DNA from: Gammaproteobacteria bacterium
GTDB lineage: Bacteria; Pseudomonadota; Gammaproteobacteria; UBA6429; Thiohalophilaceae
Direction of reading: 5' to 3'
Length of the DNA: 64,000 nucleotides
NCBI GenBank assembly: GCA_026196045.1
Contig: JAPHRJ010000042.1
Location: 4,151-68,150, forward strand
Part shown: piece after piece, positions 8,618 through 18,279 of the stretch
How the letters are laid out: the number at the start of each line of letters is the position of its first letter
Position numbering within the stretch: position 1 is the first letter of the stretch
Notes under the pieces: model-generated
Database searches by the model: none
What the model saw: only the letters and a program-made list of their open reading frames with translations
What the model was told of the DNA's origin: nothing
Translations under genes and position numbers: made by a program

Positions 8618-11242
8618 CTATGCAACCTGTTCCTCACTAGTCTCTACCGATACGACCTTTCCTTTTACCGGCAGGGTAAAACGGAATACGGCACCTTTTC
8701 CTTCTTCTGATTCTATTTCAACCTCTCCACCCAGTTCATTGACAATTTTCTTTACCAGCGTCAGTCCAACACCGGTGCTTTCTACACTATCGCGGGCCTG
8801 CAGCGTCTGAAACATATTAAATATTCTGTCATGGTATTCAGCGGCAATACCTGGCCCATCATCAGCAACACTGAATTCATAATATAGTACATTAAAGTCA
8901 GAATTATTCTGGCTATCCATATTGTCTTTACTGGTGATCAGTTTGCCCTCCAGTGTCCGTTCACGAACAGAAATATGAATATGGCCGTTATCCTTATGAT
9001 GGTACTTGATTGCATTACTAATCAAATTTGAAAAAACCTGAAATAGGGGAACACGGGCCGTCCTGACTAACGGCATACCAGGACTGATATCAATAGACAG
9101 ATCCTTGCAATCCAGTCCCTGCAGAATGTCCTTCAGCAGTCCAGATACATCTACCATTTCCATTTCCATATCCACGCGACCGGCCCGTGAATACTGTAAA
9201 ATGCCATTAATCAGTCCTTCCATGCGTGCTACTCGCCCACGCAACAGATCCATCTGCTTGCGAGTGCTGTCGGTCATAACGTCAGTAAGGTCTTCTTCTA
9301 TCCACTGAGAGAGGTTTGCAATTGCACGTAGTGGTGCCTTGAGATCATGAGATGTCACATAGGCAAACTGATCCAGTTCATGGTTGATACGCTCCAGTTC
9401 AACAAAAGCCCGCTTGCTTTCGGTTACGTCCGTATGTGAACCGGCAATTCGTACCGGGAAACCGTCCTCATCCAGCAATGCCAGACCTCGACAATGCATC
9501 CAGAGGTATTCGCCCGTTTTGCTTCGTACCCGGTATTCGATTGAAAAGGAACTGTTATCACCCGCCATACAGTCTGCCCATACATCCAGTGCATAGCCCA
9601 GATCATCGGGATGAATAAGACTCTGCAAGGCGATAAAGTTATTTTCAACCTCATACTCGGCATAACCCAGCATATTTTTCCAGCGCGATGAAAAATATAT
9701 CTGATCACGAGTCAAATCCCAGTCCCAGATACCATCCTGCGTTCCCCTTGTTACCAGTGAAAACCGCTCCTCACTGAGACGCAAGGCTTCCTCACTTTTC
9801 CTGCGTTGGGAAATATCACGCACAATACCAATAAAATGGACGCCTTCATGTTCCATTGGCAACTCACTTACTGACAGCTCTATTGGAAATTCATTACCAT
9901 CACTCCGTAATGCCGTTATCTCACGCGGTCCCTTGTTGATTATCTCTCCTTTGAGGGTGCCCCAATAATTTTCCTGATCAATATCTTGCTTATCGGTATC
10001 GGGAGCGAGCATTAACATACTTACATTCCGGCCTATCACTTCCCTGGCGTAATAACCAAACATACATTCGGCCGTGCGACTAAAACTTTCCACAACGCCT
10101 TGTGCGTTAATCGTAATAATACCATCGGCCGCATTCTCAATAATGGCATTTATCTTTTGTTTACTCTGTGTAAGCGCAACGACACTCTGCCGCAGATCTA
10201 CCTGCATCATTCTGCGTGCGCGCTGATTACGCAAAAACAGTATTAATATCACGACAAAAACGACCAGTACTAATAATGAAATTAACCACAGCAGACTCTT
10301 TTTCTTTTGTAACTCTTTTGACTGACTTTTAAACATCCCATCAAGTTCATCTTCTGTCGCATCAAATAGCCTGTATAACACACCCAATGTTTTCGTCCCT
10401 GCAGCGAAATAATTTTCACTCGACATACGTAATTGCGGCGTATCCCCTGTCTGTTTCTGTACCAGCAGTAAGAAATACCTGATACCTTCATTTACATCCT
10501 GCAGCTGTGGTAACAAGTTTGACCGCAGTTCCGGGTTGACAAGAAAAAGCACGTCCATATTCCGTTGCAGTTTATCCATTTCAATCTTAATAGACTCCTG
10601 CAGTATCGTGATTGGTTTAGTATCTGTCTCCGCAAGTTCGCTGTGCGTCACAATACCCGTTCCCATTCCTCTTATCTGGGCAATACTTTCTATTAACCTG
10701 GGTAACACAATTATGGATTCAGCAAGGTAGTAGGTATCCCTTCTTTTATCGGCGGTAAGACGAAAGAGATCAATCCCTTCATGCATGGAGGAGAGGTACT
10801 TTTCAATTATTACAGTATGTGCCGCAAACGTACCTGCTGGTGACATACGTGGATACTGTTGTAACAGTACATGCCAGTCTCTAAGCCACACCTTTTGGTT
10901 TTCTTTTACACCCGGCATCATTTGAATGGTGGGAAAACGATCCTGTATTTGCTGAATGTCCGCATTAATGTGTTGCGCCAGCTCTGGCAAGCTATCCCTG
11001 AAACCCTCTTTTCCGCTAAGGTAAGCGTAAGCCATACCACGATGTTGCTGAATATGATCAAGTAATACCCGCATGGATTCAATATAATCAATACCGATTT
11101 TCTGCTGGCTAATCAGGTGGCTTCTTGCCTCAAGCTCACTGCTAAGCAGATAAATGATGCTCGCAAAGGGCAACACCAGCATCAGTAACAGTAAGGTAAG
11201 GCTCAGGCTGTCTGTTGGTATTTTTCTATTGTGGTTGACCAT
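8618..11242 (-). CDS. Membrane sensor histidine kinase: periplasmic NIT-like domain, then two PAS domains, HisKA and HATPase_c
   Basis: Two TM segments (LTLLLLMLVLPFASIIYLL and LWLISLLVLVVFVVILILFL) bracket ~300 aa containing HIQQHRGMAYAYLSG and IAQIRGMGTGIV, which resemble NIT-domain motifs. Two PAS modules follow. H-box YVTSHDLKAPL, DDGPGI, GVGL. Confidence 0.85.
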   Translation of the reverse strand: MVNHNRKIPTDSLSLTLLLLMLVLPFASIIYLLSSELEARSHLISQQKIGIDYIESMRVLLDHIQQHRGMAYAYLSGKEGFRDSLPELAQHINADIQQIQDRFPTIQMMPGVKENQKVWLRDWHVLLQQYPRMSPAGTFAAHTVIIEKYLSSMHEGIDLFRLTADKRRDTYYLAESIIVLPRLIESIAQIRGMGTGIVTHSELAETDTKPITILQESIKIEMDKLQRNMDVLFLVNPELRSNLLPQLQDVNEGIRYFLLLVQKQTGDTPQLRMSSENYFAAGTKTLGVLYRLFDATEDELDGMFKSQSKELQKKKSLLWLISLLVLVVFVVILILFLRNQRARRMMQVDLRQSVVALTQSKQKINAIIENAADGIITINAQGVVESFSRTAECMFGYYAREVIGRNVSMLMLAPDTDKQDIDQENYWGTLKGEIINKGPREITALRSDGNEFPIELSVSELPMEHEGVHFIGIVRDISQRRKSEEALRLSEERFSLVTRGTQDGIWDWDLTRDQIYFSSRWKNMLGYAEYEVENNFIALQSLIHPDDLGYALDVWADCMAGDNSSFSIEYRVRSKTGEYLWMHCRGLALLDEDGFPVRIAGSHTDVTESKRAFVELERINHELDQFAYVTSHDLKAPLRAIANLSQWIEEDLTDVMTDSTRKQMDLLRGRVARMEGLINGILQYSRAGRVDMEMEMVDVSGLLKDILQGLDCKDLSIDISPGMPLVRTARVPLFQVFSNLISNAIKYHHKDNGHIHISVRERTLEGKLITSKDNMDSQNNSDFNVLYYEFSVADDGPGIAAEYHDRIFNMFQTLQARDSVESTGVGLTLVKKIVNELGGEVEIESEEGKGAVFRFTLPVKGKVVSVETSEEQVA

Positions 11243-11456
11243 AACTATCTAACTATGTCGCTGATTTCTGTCCCTTCAGACACGGTGCCGCCTGGCGTTT
11301 AAAGCAGGCTTTCCTTCTCAGTTATTAAAATCGTAATATTTTGCCGATTAAATTTATTCCAAAAATAAACGTCTATTTTCAGTTTTTTAGCGGCTTTTTT
11401 TTTGAGAACTTTAAAATTGGGCGTTATAACCCATACTAAAAAGAATAGTTTAATGG

Positions 11457-12302
11457 TCAGGACGCACTGTCAATCAGCTGATCAGAAAACCGGTTCAGGT
11501 TTTCAATTTCGCCCAGATAACTACGAATAATGTCCCAGTTCAGGCCTAAACGTGCGAGTACAGAGGATTTCAGGAAGGGAATAAGATCATCACCGCCATG
11601 GCCAATATTCAAACCACGACAAAGGATATCAGACAGGTGGATCAGTTCAGCAAGGGGCAAGGACGTTGCAGGCAACGAGTGATGACTCTTTATCGCATCG
11701 ACAACGGGTTTGGGAAGTTTCCAGCTCTGAGCGACCTGTGCCCCAACAAGCGTATGGTCAAAGCCGAGCACAGCCTGTTCCGCTTCCCTGATTAAGCAAT
11801 CATGCTCATCTCGATAGGCAAGTACTCGGGCGAAATCCTCTTCAAAGTAGACCGCCATTACCACCTTACCAATGTCATGCAGCAAACCCGCCGTAAACGC
11901 CAGCTCCTGATCCATGCCAGCGTGGTGAGCTAATACTCGCGCACAAATCCCCGTTCCAATCACATGTTGCCAGAACGAATGCCGGTCAAAGTTTTGATCC
12001 TCTGCGGGAGGAAAGTGCCCAATAATGCCAGCGGCAGTAACGATATTATATAAAGTATGGATACCCAACATGGTACCGGCATCTTTTAGAGAACCAATAT
12101 GCGCGGATAAACCATAAAAAGGTGAATTGGCAATATGTAAAATGCGGGCTGCAAGAGCTTGATCATGACTGGCTTCTTCCATCAACTCAGCCATTGCAAC
12201 ATCATCCCGTTGGAGTTGCGTCAACAGGTGCGTAACAATAACCGAAAGTGACGGTAACTGTTGAATTTCTTTACTAAGACTTTCACGTGTCAACTTAGCC
12301 AT
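11457..12302 (-). CDS. HDOD domain protein
   Basis: 281 aa. LPSLSVIVTHLL..., ILHIANSPFYG, GLLHDIGKVVM. These are typical HDOD signatures. Confidence 0.85.
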   Translation of the reverse strand: MAKLTRESLSKEIQQLPSLSVIVTHLLTQLQRDDVAMAELMEEASHDQALAARILHIANSPFYGLSAHIGSLKDAGTMLGIHTLYNIVTAAGIIGHFPPAEDQNFDRHSFWQHVIGTGICARVLAHHAGMDQELAFTAGLLHDIGKVVMAVYFEEDFARVLAYRDEHDCLIREAEQAVLGFDHTLVGAQVAQSWKLPKPVVDAIKSHHSLPATSLPLAELIHLSDILCRGLNIGHGGDDLIPFLKSSVLARLGLNWDIIRSYLGEIENLNRFSDQLIDSAS

Positions 12303-12323
12303 TCTGGCATCCGATAATTTTCA

Positions 12324-12650
12324 TTATTCAAGCGATTCCAGGCGATAGGCCATTAAAATGTTTTTCAGCTGTTGCATTTCCACATCATCCTGTACATGGC
12401 GAAACCGATGTTCAAACTGAGTGATACAGGTATTTCGTAAAGCCGCGATCTCTTCAGCACTCAGCTCCTGCTCAAACTCAATTGCAAGACTATTGATACC
12501 CCGTTTGCTCAGACTATCCAGTTGTTTTTTTGTTAATACAACACCAGAAACCATCAGGCAATTTCCACTGGCATCCAGTACATCCTGGGCTAATGTCATA
12601 CCTGCTGTTACCTGATCCAGGCCAAGTATTTTACTGCTCATTATTGTCAT
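12324..12650 (-). CDS. Small hypothetical protein, translationally coupled to the upstream receiver-PAS gene
   Basis: The ATG at 12650 overlaps the upstream TGA (ATGA). The sequence MTIMSSKILGLDQVTAGMTLAQDVLDASGNCLMVSGVVLTKKQLDSL resembles, from memory, the short N-terminal module seen on many HD-GYP and GGDEF regulators. That family assignment is not verified. Confidence 0.5.
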   Translation of the reverse strand: MTIMSSKILGLDQVTAGMTLAQDVLDASGNCLMVSGVVLTKKQLDSLSKRGINSLAIEFEQELSAEEIAALRNTCITQFEHRFRHVQDDVEMQQLKNILMAYRLESLE

Positions 12651-13474
12651 TCTGTATGCACCGGTATAATCACAAGAATCACACCTTCGGCATTCGAACT
12701 CTGGCCTATCTGCCTGCAATAGACATCAATATCATTGCCATTAACAACAAGACCTCGTGCATGCGCTTCCTGTTCTTCAACTGCACGTTTACATAACTCA
12801 CAGACTGCCGGGGTTATGATATTAGAAACATCTTTCCCTACAAGCGCAAAGTCTTTTCCATTCAGCAAGGTATAAGCTCTACGATTTGCCAGAACAACCG
12901 TTCCACTGCCATCAATACCTATGACGCCAACGGGCAGGTTCTCTAATACTTCCTGTGAAACCTGTAAAGCATGCATATTTAACAGAACTTCACGGGTTTT
13001 CTCTTCTACCCGTTGTTCCAAACCCTGATTAATTTTTTCCAGCTCAATGTTCGCTTCTTTCAGTTCCTGAGTCAGACGTTCATTTTCCCGCCCGAGCTCA
13101 TAATAACGAAATGCCTCTTCTACATTGGCGCGTAATAATTCATCTTCCCAGGGCTTGGTCAGAAATTTGTATATGGCTCCCTGATTGATTGCTTCTGTCA
13201 CTGTATTCAGATCGGTATAGCCGCTTAACACCATACGAACAGTATCCGGGTATGTCTCACGTACTTTGGAAAGAAACTGAACACCAGTCATTTCGGGCAT
13301 ACGTTGATCTGAAAGAATGACTCCGACACCAGCATGTTCGGCCAGTAGCTGTAAACCTTCCGTACCACCGCCCGCTTTTAATATACGATAACCGTCGCGT
13401 CGTAATACCCGTGTTAGTGAACGCAGGATATTTTCCTCATCATCAACCAGTAAAATAGTCCGTTCATTACTCAC
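12647..13474 (-). CDS. Response regulator: receiver, coiled coil, C-terminal PAS-like domain
   Basis: ILLVDDEENILRSL, ILSDQRMPEMTG, KPWEDELL. The C-terminus LENLPVGVIGIDGSGTVVLANRRA is PAS-like. The ORF track starts at TTG 13483, but the AGGGGA spacing favours GTG at 13474. Confidence 0.82.
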   Translation of the reverse strand: MSNERTILLVDDEENILRSLTRVLRRDGYRILKAGGGTEGLQLLAEHAGVGVILSDQRMPEMTGVQFLSKVRETYPDTVRMVLSGYTDLNTVTEAINQGAIYKFLTKPWEDELLRANVEEAFRYYELGRENERLTQELKEANIELEKINQGLEQRVEEKTREVLLNMHALQVSQEVLENLPVGVIGIDGSGTVVLANRRAYTLLNGKDFALVGKDVSNIITPAVCELCKRAVEEQEAHARGLVVNGNDIDVYCRQIGQSSNAEGVILVIIPVHTE

Positions 13475-13932
13475 TAAACTCAATCCCCTACGATTAAACT
13501 TACTAAAATTCTTTTATAGTTACTAGCCTGTTCAACCGCTTTTATGGAACGTATAAACAACACCAGACATAGCTACATTCCAGTTTAAACAAATGTTATC
13601 TACAAAAAATTGTATCTAATAAAATTGCCTAAGTAATTTATCCGGATTTTTTTTAAGAGTAATAAATATTTTTCTTAACTCTATAATTATATATATCGAC
13701 TTTATGACAATTTTCTTCAGTCTTCAATCGCAAGGACAACTATGTTTTCATTAGCAGACTAAACACGCGTCTACATTTAAAATGTATCTAAATAATTTAA
13801 CGGTTCAGATATCAGAAAATTACAGGCAAAATGATCTCTAGTGAAAAACCGGGCCGGAAAGATCGACATCGGTATTCAGCTATGAAAAGTATGGCGCTAA
13901 CCATGATATGAAAGTGATAGACCTGTCACCAT

Positions 13933-13986
13933 AAAAAAAGCCGCCATACATACAGAATATACACTCTGTATCCATGGCGGCTTTTT
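13933..13986. terminator. Bidirectional rho-independent terminator; it serves apbC/mrp on the minus strand
   Basis: aaaaaaa-GCCGCCATacATACAGA-atatacac-TCTGTATccATGGCGGC-ttttt. This is a two-tier stem flanked by an A run and a T run, 180 nt downstream of the apbC stop. Confidence 0.65.
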
Positions 13987-14166
13987 CAGGCTCCGCTATA
14001 TAACCAGACTAAATCAGCATCAAGGTGATTTAGCCATCCCACAAATTGCGCTGTACAGAATAACTTAAGGGATTTTGGACAGGGTGTAAAATAACGAAAA
14101 AGCAGCGTTTACATATAGTAAATGAGCAGCATTTTAAGTTACTTTACAACGCCGTAAGGAAACCCC

Positions 14167-15258
14167 CTAATTGTTCTGAATAACAATGTTAGGGAAGCTA
14201 GCACTATAGTCCTTAGACTGCAGTGACAACTTGGCCGCAATGCGGCGGGCAATATCACGATAAATCTGAGCAATACGGCCTTCAGGATCAGCAACAACAG
14301 AAGGCTTGCCTTCATCTGTACCTTTACGAATAGACATTTCCAAAGGTAAGGAACCCAGCAGATCGACATTGTGCTGCTCGGCCATGCGTTCACCACCGCC
14401 AGCACCGAAGATATGTTCTTCATGACCACATTCACTACAAATATGAATACTCATGTTTTCGACAATACCCAGTACAGGTACTTCGACTTTCTCAAACATC
14501 TTCAGACCTTTGCGCGCATCCAGCAGGGCAATATCCTGAGGTGTGGTTACGATAACTGCACCCGTGACCGGAACCTTTTGCGCCAGCGTTAGCTGAGTGT
14601 CACCTGTACCTGGTGGCAGATCGATAATCAGGTAATCAACATCTTTCCACCTGGTTTCGTTTAATAGTTGCTCCAGCGCCTGGGTAACCATCGGGCCACG
14701 CCAGATCATCGGAGTTTCTTCATCAATCAGGTAACCAATCGACATGGACTGAATGTGATAGCTGTTCATGGGTTCCAGGCTCTTGCCATCGGCCGACTCA
14801 GGTTTCGCACTAACACCCAGCATACGAGGCTGGCTGGGACCATAGATATCGGCATCCAGAATACCGACTGTGGCACCTTCCGCTGACAATGCCAGCGCCA
14901 AATTAACCGAGGTAGTGGATTTACCCACACCTCCTTTACCGGAAGCCACAGCAATAATATTCTTCACGCCAGAAATGGTGTTCACACCTTTCTGAACCGC
15001 ATGTGAAACAATTTTATGGGTAATATTGAAAGTTGCTTCACTGACGCCATCAACCGCCTCAACTTTTTCTTTCAATTTTGCGGCCATATCCGCCTTGTAG
15101 CCATTAACTGGAAAACCCATTTCAATATCAACACTGACCTTGTCACCATCGATTTTAATATCCTTGATGGCCTTATTCGAAACTAAATCCCCTTCCAGAT
15201 AGGGGTCAATATATGCCTTAATGGCATCTTCAATCTGTGAGCGGGCAACTTCAGCCAT
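14167..15258 (-). CDS. apbC: Fe-S cluster carrier ATPase Mrp/ApbC
   Basis: N-terminal MIP18-like domain, then the deviant Walker A VASGKGGVGKST, then CSECGH. The start is set at MAEVARSQ (15258), with GGAGAG 6 nt upstream. It is divergent from metG, as in E. coli. Confidence 0.93.
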   Translation of the reverse strand: MAEVARSQIEDAIKAYIDPYLEGDLVSNKAIKDIKIDGDKVSVDIEMGFPVNGYKADMAAKLKEKVEAVDGVSEATFNITHKIVSHAVQKGVNTISGVKNIIAVASGKGGVGKSTTSVNLALALSAEGATVGILDADIYGPSQPRMLGVSAKPESADGKSLEPMNSYHIQSMSIGYLIDEETPMIWRGPMVTQALEQLLNETRWKDVDYLIIDLPPGTGDTQLTLAQKVPVTGAVIVTTPQDIALLDARKGLKMFEKVEVPVLGIVENMSIHICSECGHEEHIFGAGGGERMAEQHNVDLLGSLPLEMSIRKGTDEGKPSVVADPEGRIAQIYRDIARRIAAKLSLQSKDYSASFPNIVIQNN

Positions 15259-15515
15259 TCTTCTCTCCTGCAATCAAAAGGGTTATTAACAATTTTCCGG
15301 CTAATAACCTAGTAAAATGATAAACTATATTTCAGGGGGCATATTACACAAAATCCTGTCAGATAGCCACTGCTGAAAATAAGCCTGCTATTCTACAGGG
15401 AATCGCCATATTTTTCGCCTATCGGGTGGCTCAAACAGGCCAGAACTGATAGTGTATCGCCCGCCGAAAACAGTATTAAAATCAGTTAAATCAACAAAAT
15501 CCGTGAATATAAACT

Positions 15516-17555
15516 ATGTCGACAAGTAAACGTCAGATCCTGGTCACCAGCGCCCTTCCCTATGCCAATGGCTCCATTCACCTGGGCCACCTGGTCGAAT
15601 ACATTCAGACCGATATCTGGGTACGTTTTCAGAAAATGCAAGGCCACGACTGTGTTTATGTCTGCGCCGATGATGCGCATGGCACTCCCATTATGCTGCG
15701 CGCGCAGAATGAAGGCATTAGCCCTGAGGAACTCATTGCCCGCTCTGACAAAGAACACCAGGCGGACTTCAGCGATTTTAATATTGGATTTGATAATTTC
15801 CACTCCACCCATTCACCAGAAAACCGTGAACTGGTTGAATATATCTATAAGCAGCTAAATAACAGTGGTCACATCGAAACTCGTACGATTAATCAGGCCT
15901 ATGATCCAGAAAAAGAAATGTTCCTGCCAGATCGTTTTATCAAAGGAACCTGTCCTAAATGTGGTGCTGAAGACCAGTATGGTGACAATTGTGAGGTCTG
16001 CGGTGCGACCTATTCACCAACCGAATTAAAAAACCCGGTGTCAGCCATATCTGGAGCGACACCAACAGAAAAAGAATCCGAGCATTATTTCTTTAAGCTA
16101 GGTGACTTTGAACCTATGCTCAAAACCTGGATCCAGGGTGAGCATGTACAGCCGGAAATCAGCCGCAAATTGAATGAATGGTTTGAAGCCGGTTTACAGG
16201 CCTGGGATATTTCCCGTGATGCTCCTTATTTTGGTTTTGAAATCCCCGGCGCTGAAGGCAAATTTTTCTATGTCTGGCTCGACGCTCCGGTTGGCTATAT
16301 GGCCAGTTTCAAAAACCTGTGTGATAAAACAGAAGATCTGGACTTCGACAGCTACTGGAACAAGGACAGTGACTATGAGGTATACCATTTTATCGGTAAA
16401 GATATAGCTTACTTCCATACCCTGTTCTGGCCCGCCATACTTGCCGGTGCAGGTTTCCGGACACCAACCGGAGTGTTCTGTCATGGTTTCCTGACGGTAA
16501 ATGGACTGAAGATGTCCAAGTCACGCGGCACCTTTATTACCGCACGCACATATCTGGATAACCTTAACCCGGAATACCTCCGTTATTACTTCGCCGCCAA
16601 ACTTGGTAGTGGTATTGAAGATCTCGATTTAAACCTGGAAGACTTCCAGCTGCGTGTGAATTCTGATCTTGTCGGCAAGGTTGTTAACATTGCCAGTCGA
16701 TGTGCCGGCTTTATTAATAAACGTTTCGAAGGTCAGCTCTCTGCTGAGTGTGCCGAACCTGAGCTGTATGCCCAGTTTGCAGAAGCACGAGATAAAATTG
16801 CCGACCTGTATAATAAGCGTGAATTCTCACATGCTGTGCGAGAAATCATGGCCCTGGCAGATAAAGCTAATCAATATATTGATGAGAAAAAACCCTGGGT
16901 CCTGGCCAAGGAAGACGGCAAAGATGATGAAGTACAACAGGTTTGTAGCATGGGTATTAACCTGTTCCGTGCCCTGATCATTTATCTTAAACCCATATTA
17001 CCGACAATGGCCGAACAGTCCGAGTCTTTTCTTAATATTGAACCATTAAGCTGGGATGATATAGCGACACCCTTGACTGACCATACGATTAACAAATTCA
17101 AACCGCTAATGACCCGAGTTGAAAAAGAAAAACTGGATGTGATTGTGGAAAGCTCCAAAGCTAATTTAGCTCAAACCAGCAAAGCTCCCAAACCGGTAGC
17201 CAAAGAAAGTAAAACTGAAGCTGTTGCTGATCATATTGAGTTTGATGACTTTGCTAAAATTGATTTACGCATCGCCCGTATTGTCAAAGCAGAACATGTT
17301 GAAGGTGCTGATAAACTATTACAGCTGACCTTAGATATTGGTGATGAAACCCGTAATGTCTTTGCTGGAATTAAATCAGCTTATGCACCAGAAGATCTAC
17401 AGGGTAAACTGACCGTGATGGTCGCCAACCTGAAACCACGCAAAATGCGCTTTGGAGTTTCTGAAGGCATGGTGCTGGCCGCTGGTCCCGGTGGTAAAGA
17501 CTTGTGGATACTGGAACCTCATGAAGGTGCGCAACCAGGAATGAAGGTCAAGTGA
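15516..17555 (+). CDS. metG: Methionine--tRNA ligase
   Basis: 679 aa. [14 protein letters not shown] (HIGH), KMSKSRG (KMSKS), Zn knuckles CPKCG...CEVCG, and a C-terminal tRNA-binding (EMAP-like) domain. Confidence 0.97.
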   Translation: MSTSKRQILVTSALPYANGSIHLGHLVEYIQTDIWVRFQKMQGHDCVYVCADDAHGTPIMLRAQNEGISPEELIARSDKEHQADFSDFNIGFDNFHSTHSPENRELVEYIYKQLNNSGHIETRTINQAYDPEKEMFLPDRFIKGTCPKCGAEDQYGDNCEVCGATYSPTELKNPVSAISGATPTEKESEHYFFKLGDFEPMLKTWIQGEHVQPEISRKLNEWFEAGLQAWDISRDAPYFGFEIPGAEGKFFYVWLDAPVGYMASFKNLCDKTEDLDFDSYWNKDSDYEVYHFIGKDIAYFHTLFWPAILAGAGFRTPTGVFCHGFLTVNGLKMSKSRGTFITARTYLDNLNPEYLRYYFAAKLGSGIEDLDLNLEDFQLRVNSDLVGKVVNIASRCAGFINKRFEGQLSAECAEPELYAQFAEARDKIADLYNKREFSHAVREIMALADKANQYIDEKKPWVLAKEDGKDDEVQQVCSMGINLFRALIIYLKPILPTMAEQSESFLNIEPLSWDDIATPLTDHTINKFKPLMTRVEKEKLDVIVESSKANLAQTSKAPKPVAKESKTEAVADHIEFDDFAKIDLRIARIVKAEHVEGADKLLQLTLDIGDETRNVFAGIKSAYAPEDLQGKLTVMVANLKPRKMRFGVSEGMVLAAGPGGKDLWILEPHEGAQPGMKVK

Positions 17556-17680
17556 CGAGTGACGAGTGACAGCATATTATGAGAATAGTTAAATTTAAAA
17601 AAACAGGTAATACTAATGGAAAATATTCTTCAATCCTTGACTCTTATCCCTCATCACTCGTCACTTGCCACTCGTCCCTG
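17552..17680. repeat. GTGACGA-heptamer blocks in inverted orientation, flanking an AT-rich spacer between metG and rnfA
   Basis: Left block gtgacgagtgacgagtgacag (17552-17572, overlapping the metG stop). Right block ctcatcactcgtcacttgccactcgtccctg (17650-17680). Confidence 0.55.
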
Positions 17681-17685
17681 ATCTT

Positions 17686-18267
17686 ATGAAGGAATACGCT
17701 CTCATATTAATAAGTACCGTCCTGGTCAACAACTTCGTTCTGGTGAAGTTCCTGGGACTGTGTCCTTTTATGGGAGTCTCTCGTAAATTAGAAACAGCCA
17801 CTGGCATGGCATTGGCCACTACCTTTGTCCTGACTTTATCTTCTGTTTGTAGTTATCTGGCCAACGAATATTTACTTGCTCCTTTAGGTCTGGAATATCT
17901 ACGCACCATTACCTTTATTCTTGTTATTGCTGTTGTTGTTCAATTTACCGAAATGGTCGTGCATAAAACCAGCCCCCTGCTTTATCAGGTTCTGGGAATT
18001 TTCCTGCCACTGATTACAACTAACTGTGCCGTACTCGGGGTGGCCTTATTAAATGTCCAGACTCAACATGGTTTTATTGAATCTGCCCTGTATGGTTTTG
18101 GTGCTTCAATTGGATTCTCTTTAGTTTTGATTTTATTTGCGGCTATGCGAGAACGTATTAATGTTGCTGATGTACCTGAAGCTTTTCAAGGTCCGGCTAT
18201 TGCATTGATTACAGCGGGTTTAATGTCAATGGCCTTTATGGGCTTTGCCGGACTGGTGAAGGGTTAA
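17686..18267 (+). CDS. rnfA: Rnf/Rsx electron transport complex subunit A
   Basis: [32 protein letters not shown]...[10 protein letters not shown]...[17 protein letters not shown]. Near-collinear with E. coli RsxA. ATG at 17686. Confidence 0.95.
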   Translation: MKEYALILISTVLVNNFVLVKFLGLCPFMGVSRKLETATGMALATTFVLTLSSVCSYLANEYLLAPLGLEYLRTITFILVIAVVVQFTEMVVHKTSPLLYQVLGIFLPLITTNCAVLGVALLNVQTQHGFIESALYGFGASIGFSLVLILFAAMRERINVADVPEAFQGPAIALITAGLMSMAFMGFAGLVKG

Positions 18268-18279
18268 ATTATATAAATC

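Noticed and set aside
11275-11295. Sigma-54-like GGCAC element on the minus strand upstream of the NIT-like kinase gene
   Set aside because: The -24 GG is present, but the base pair expected for the -12 GC at the 10-nt spacing reads GA, and no TTGC follows. There is also no enhancer-binding protein gene nearby.
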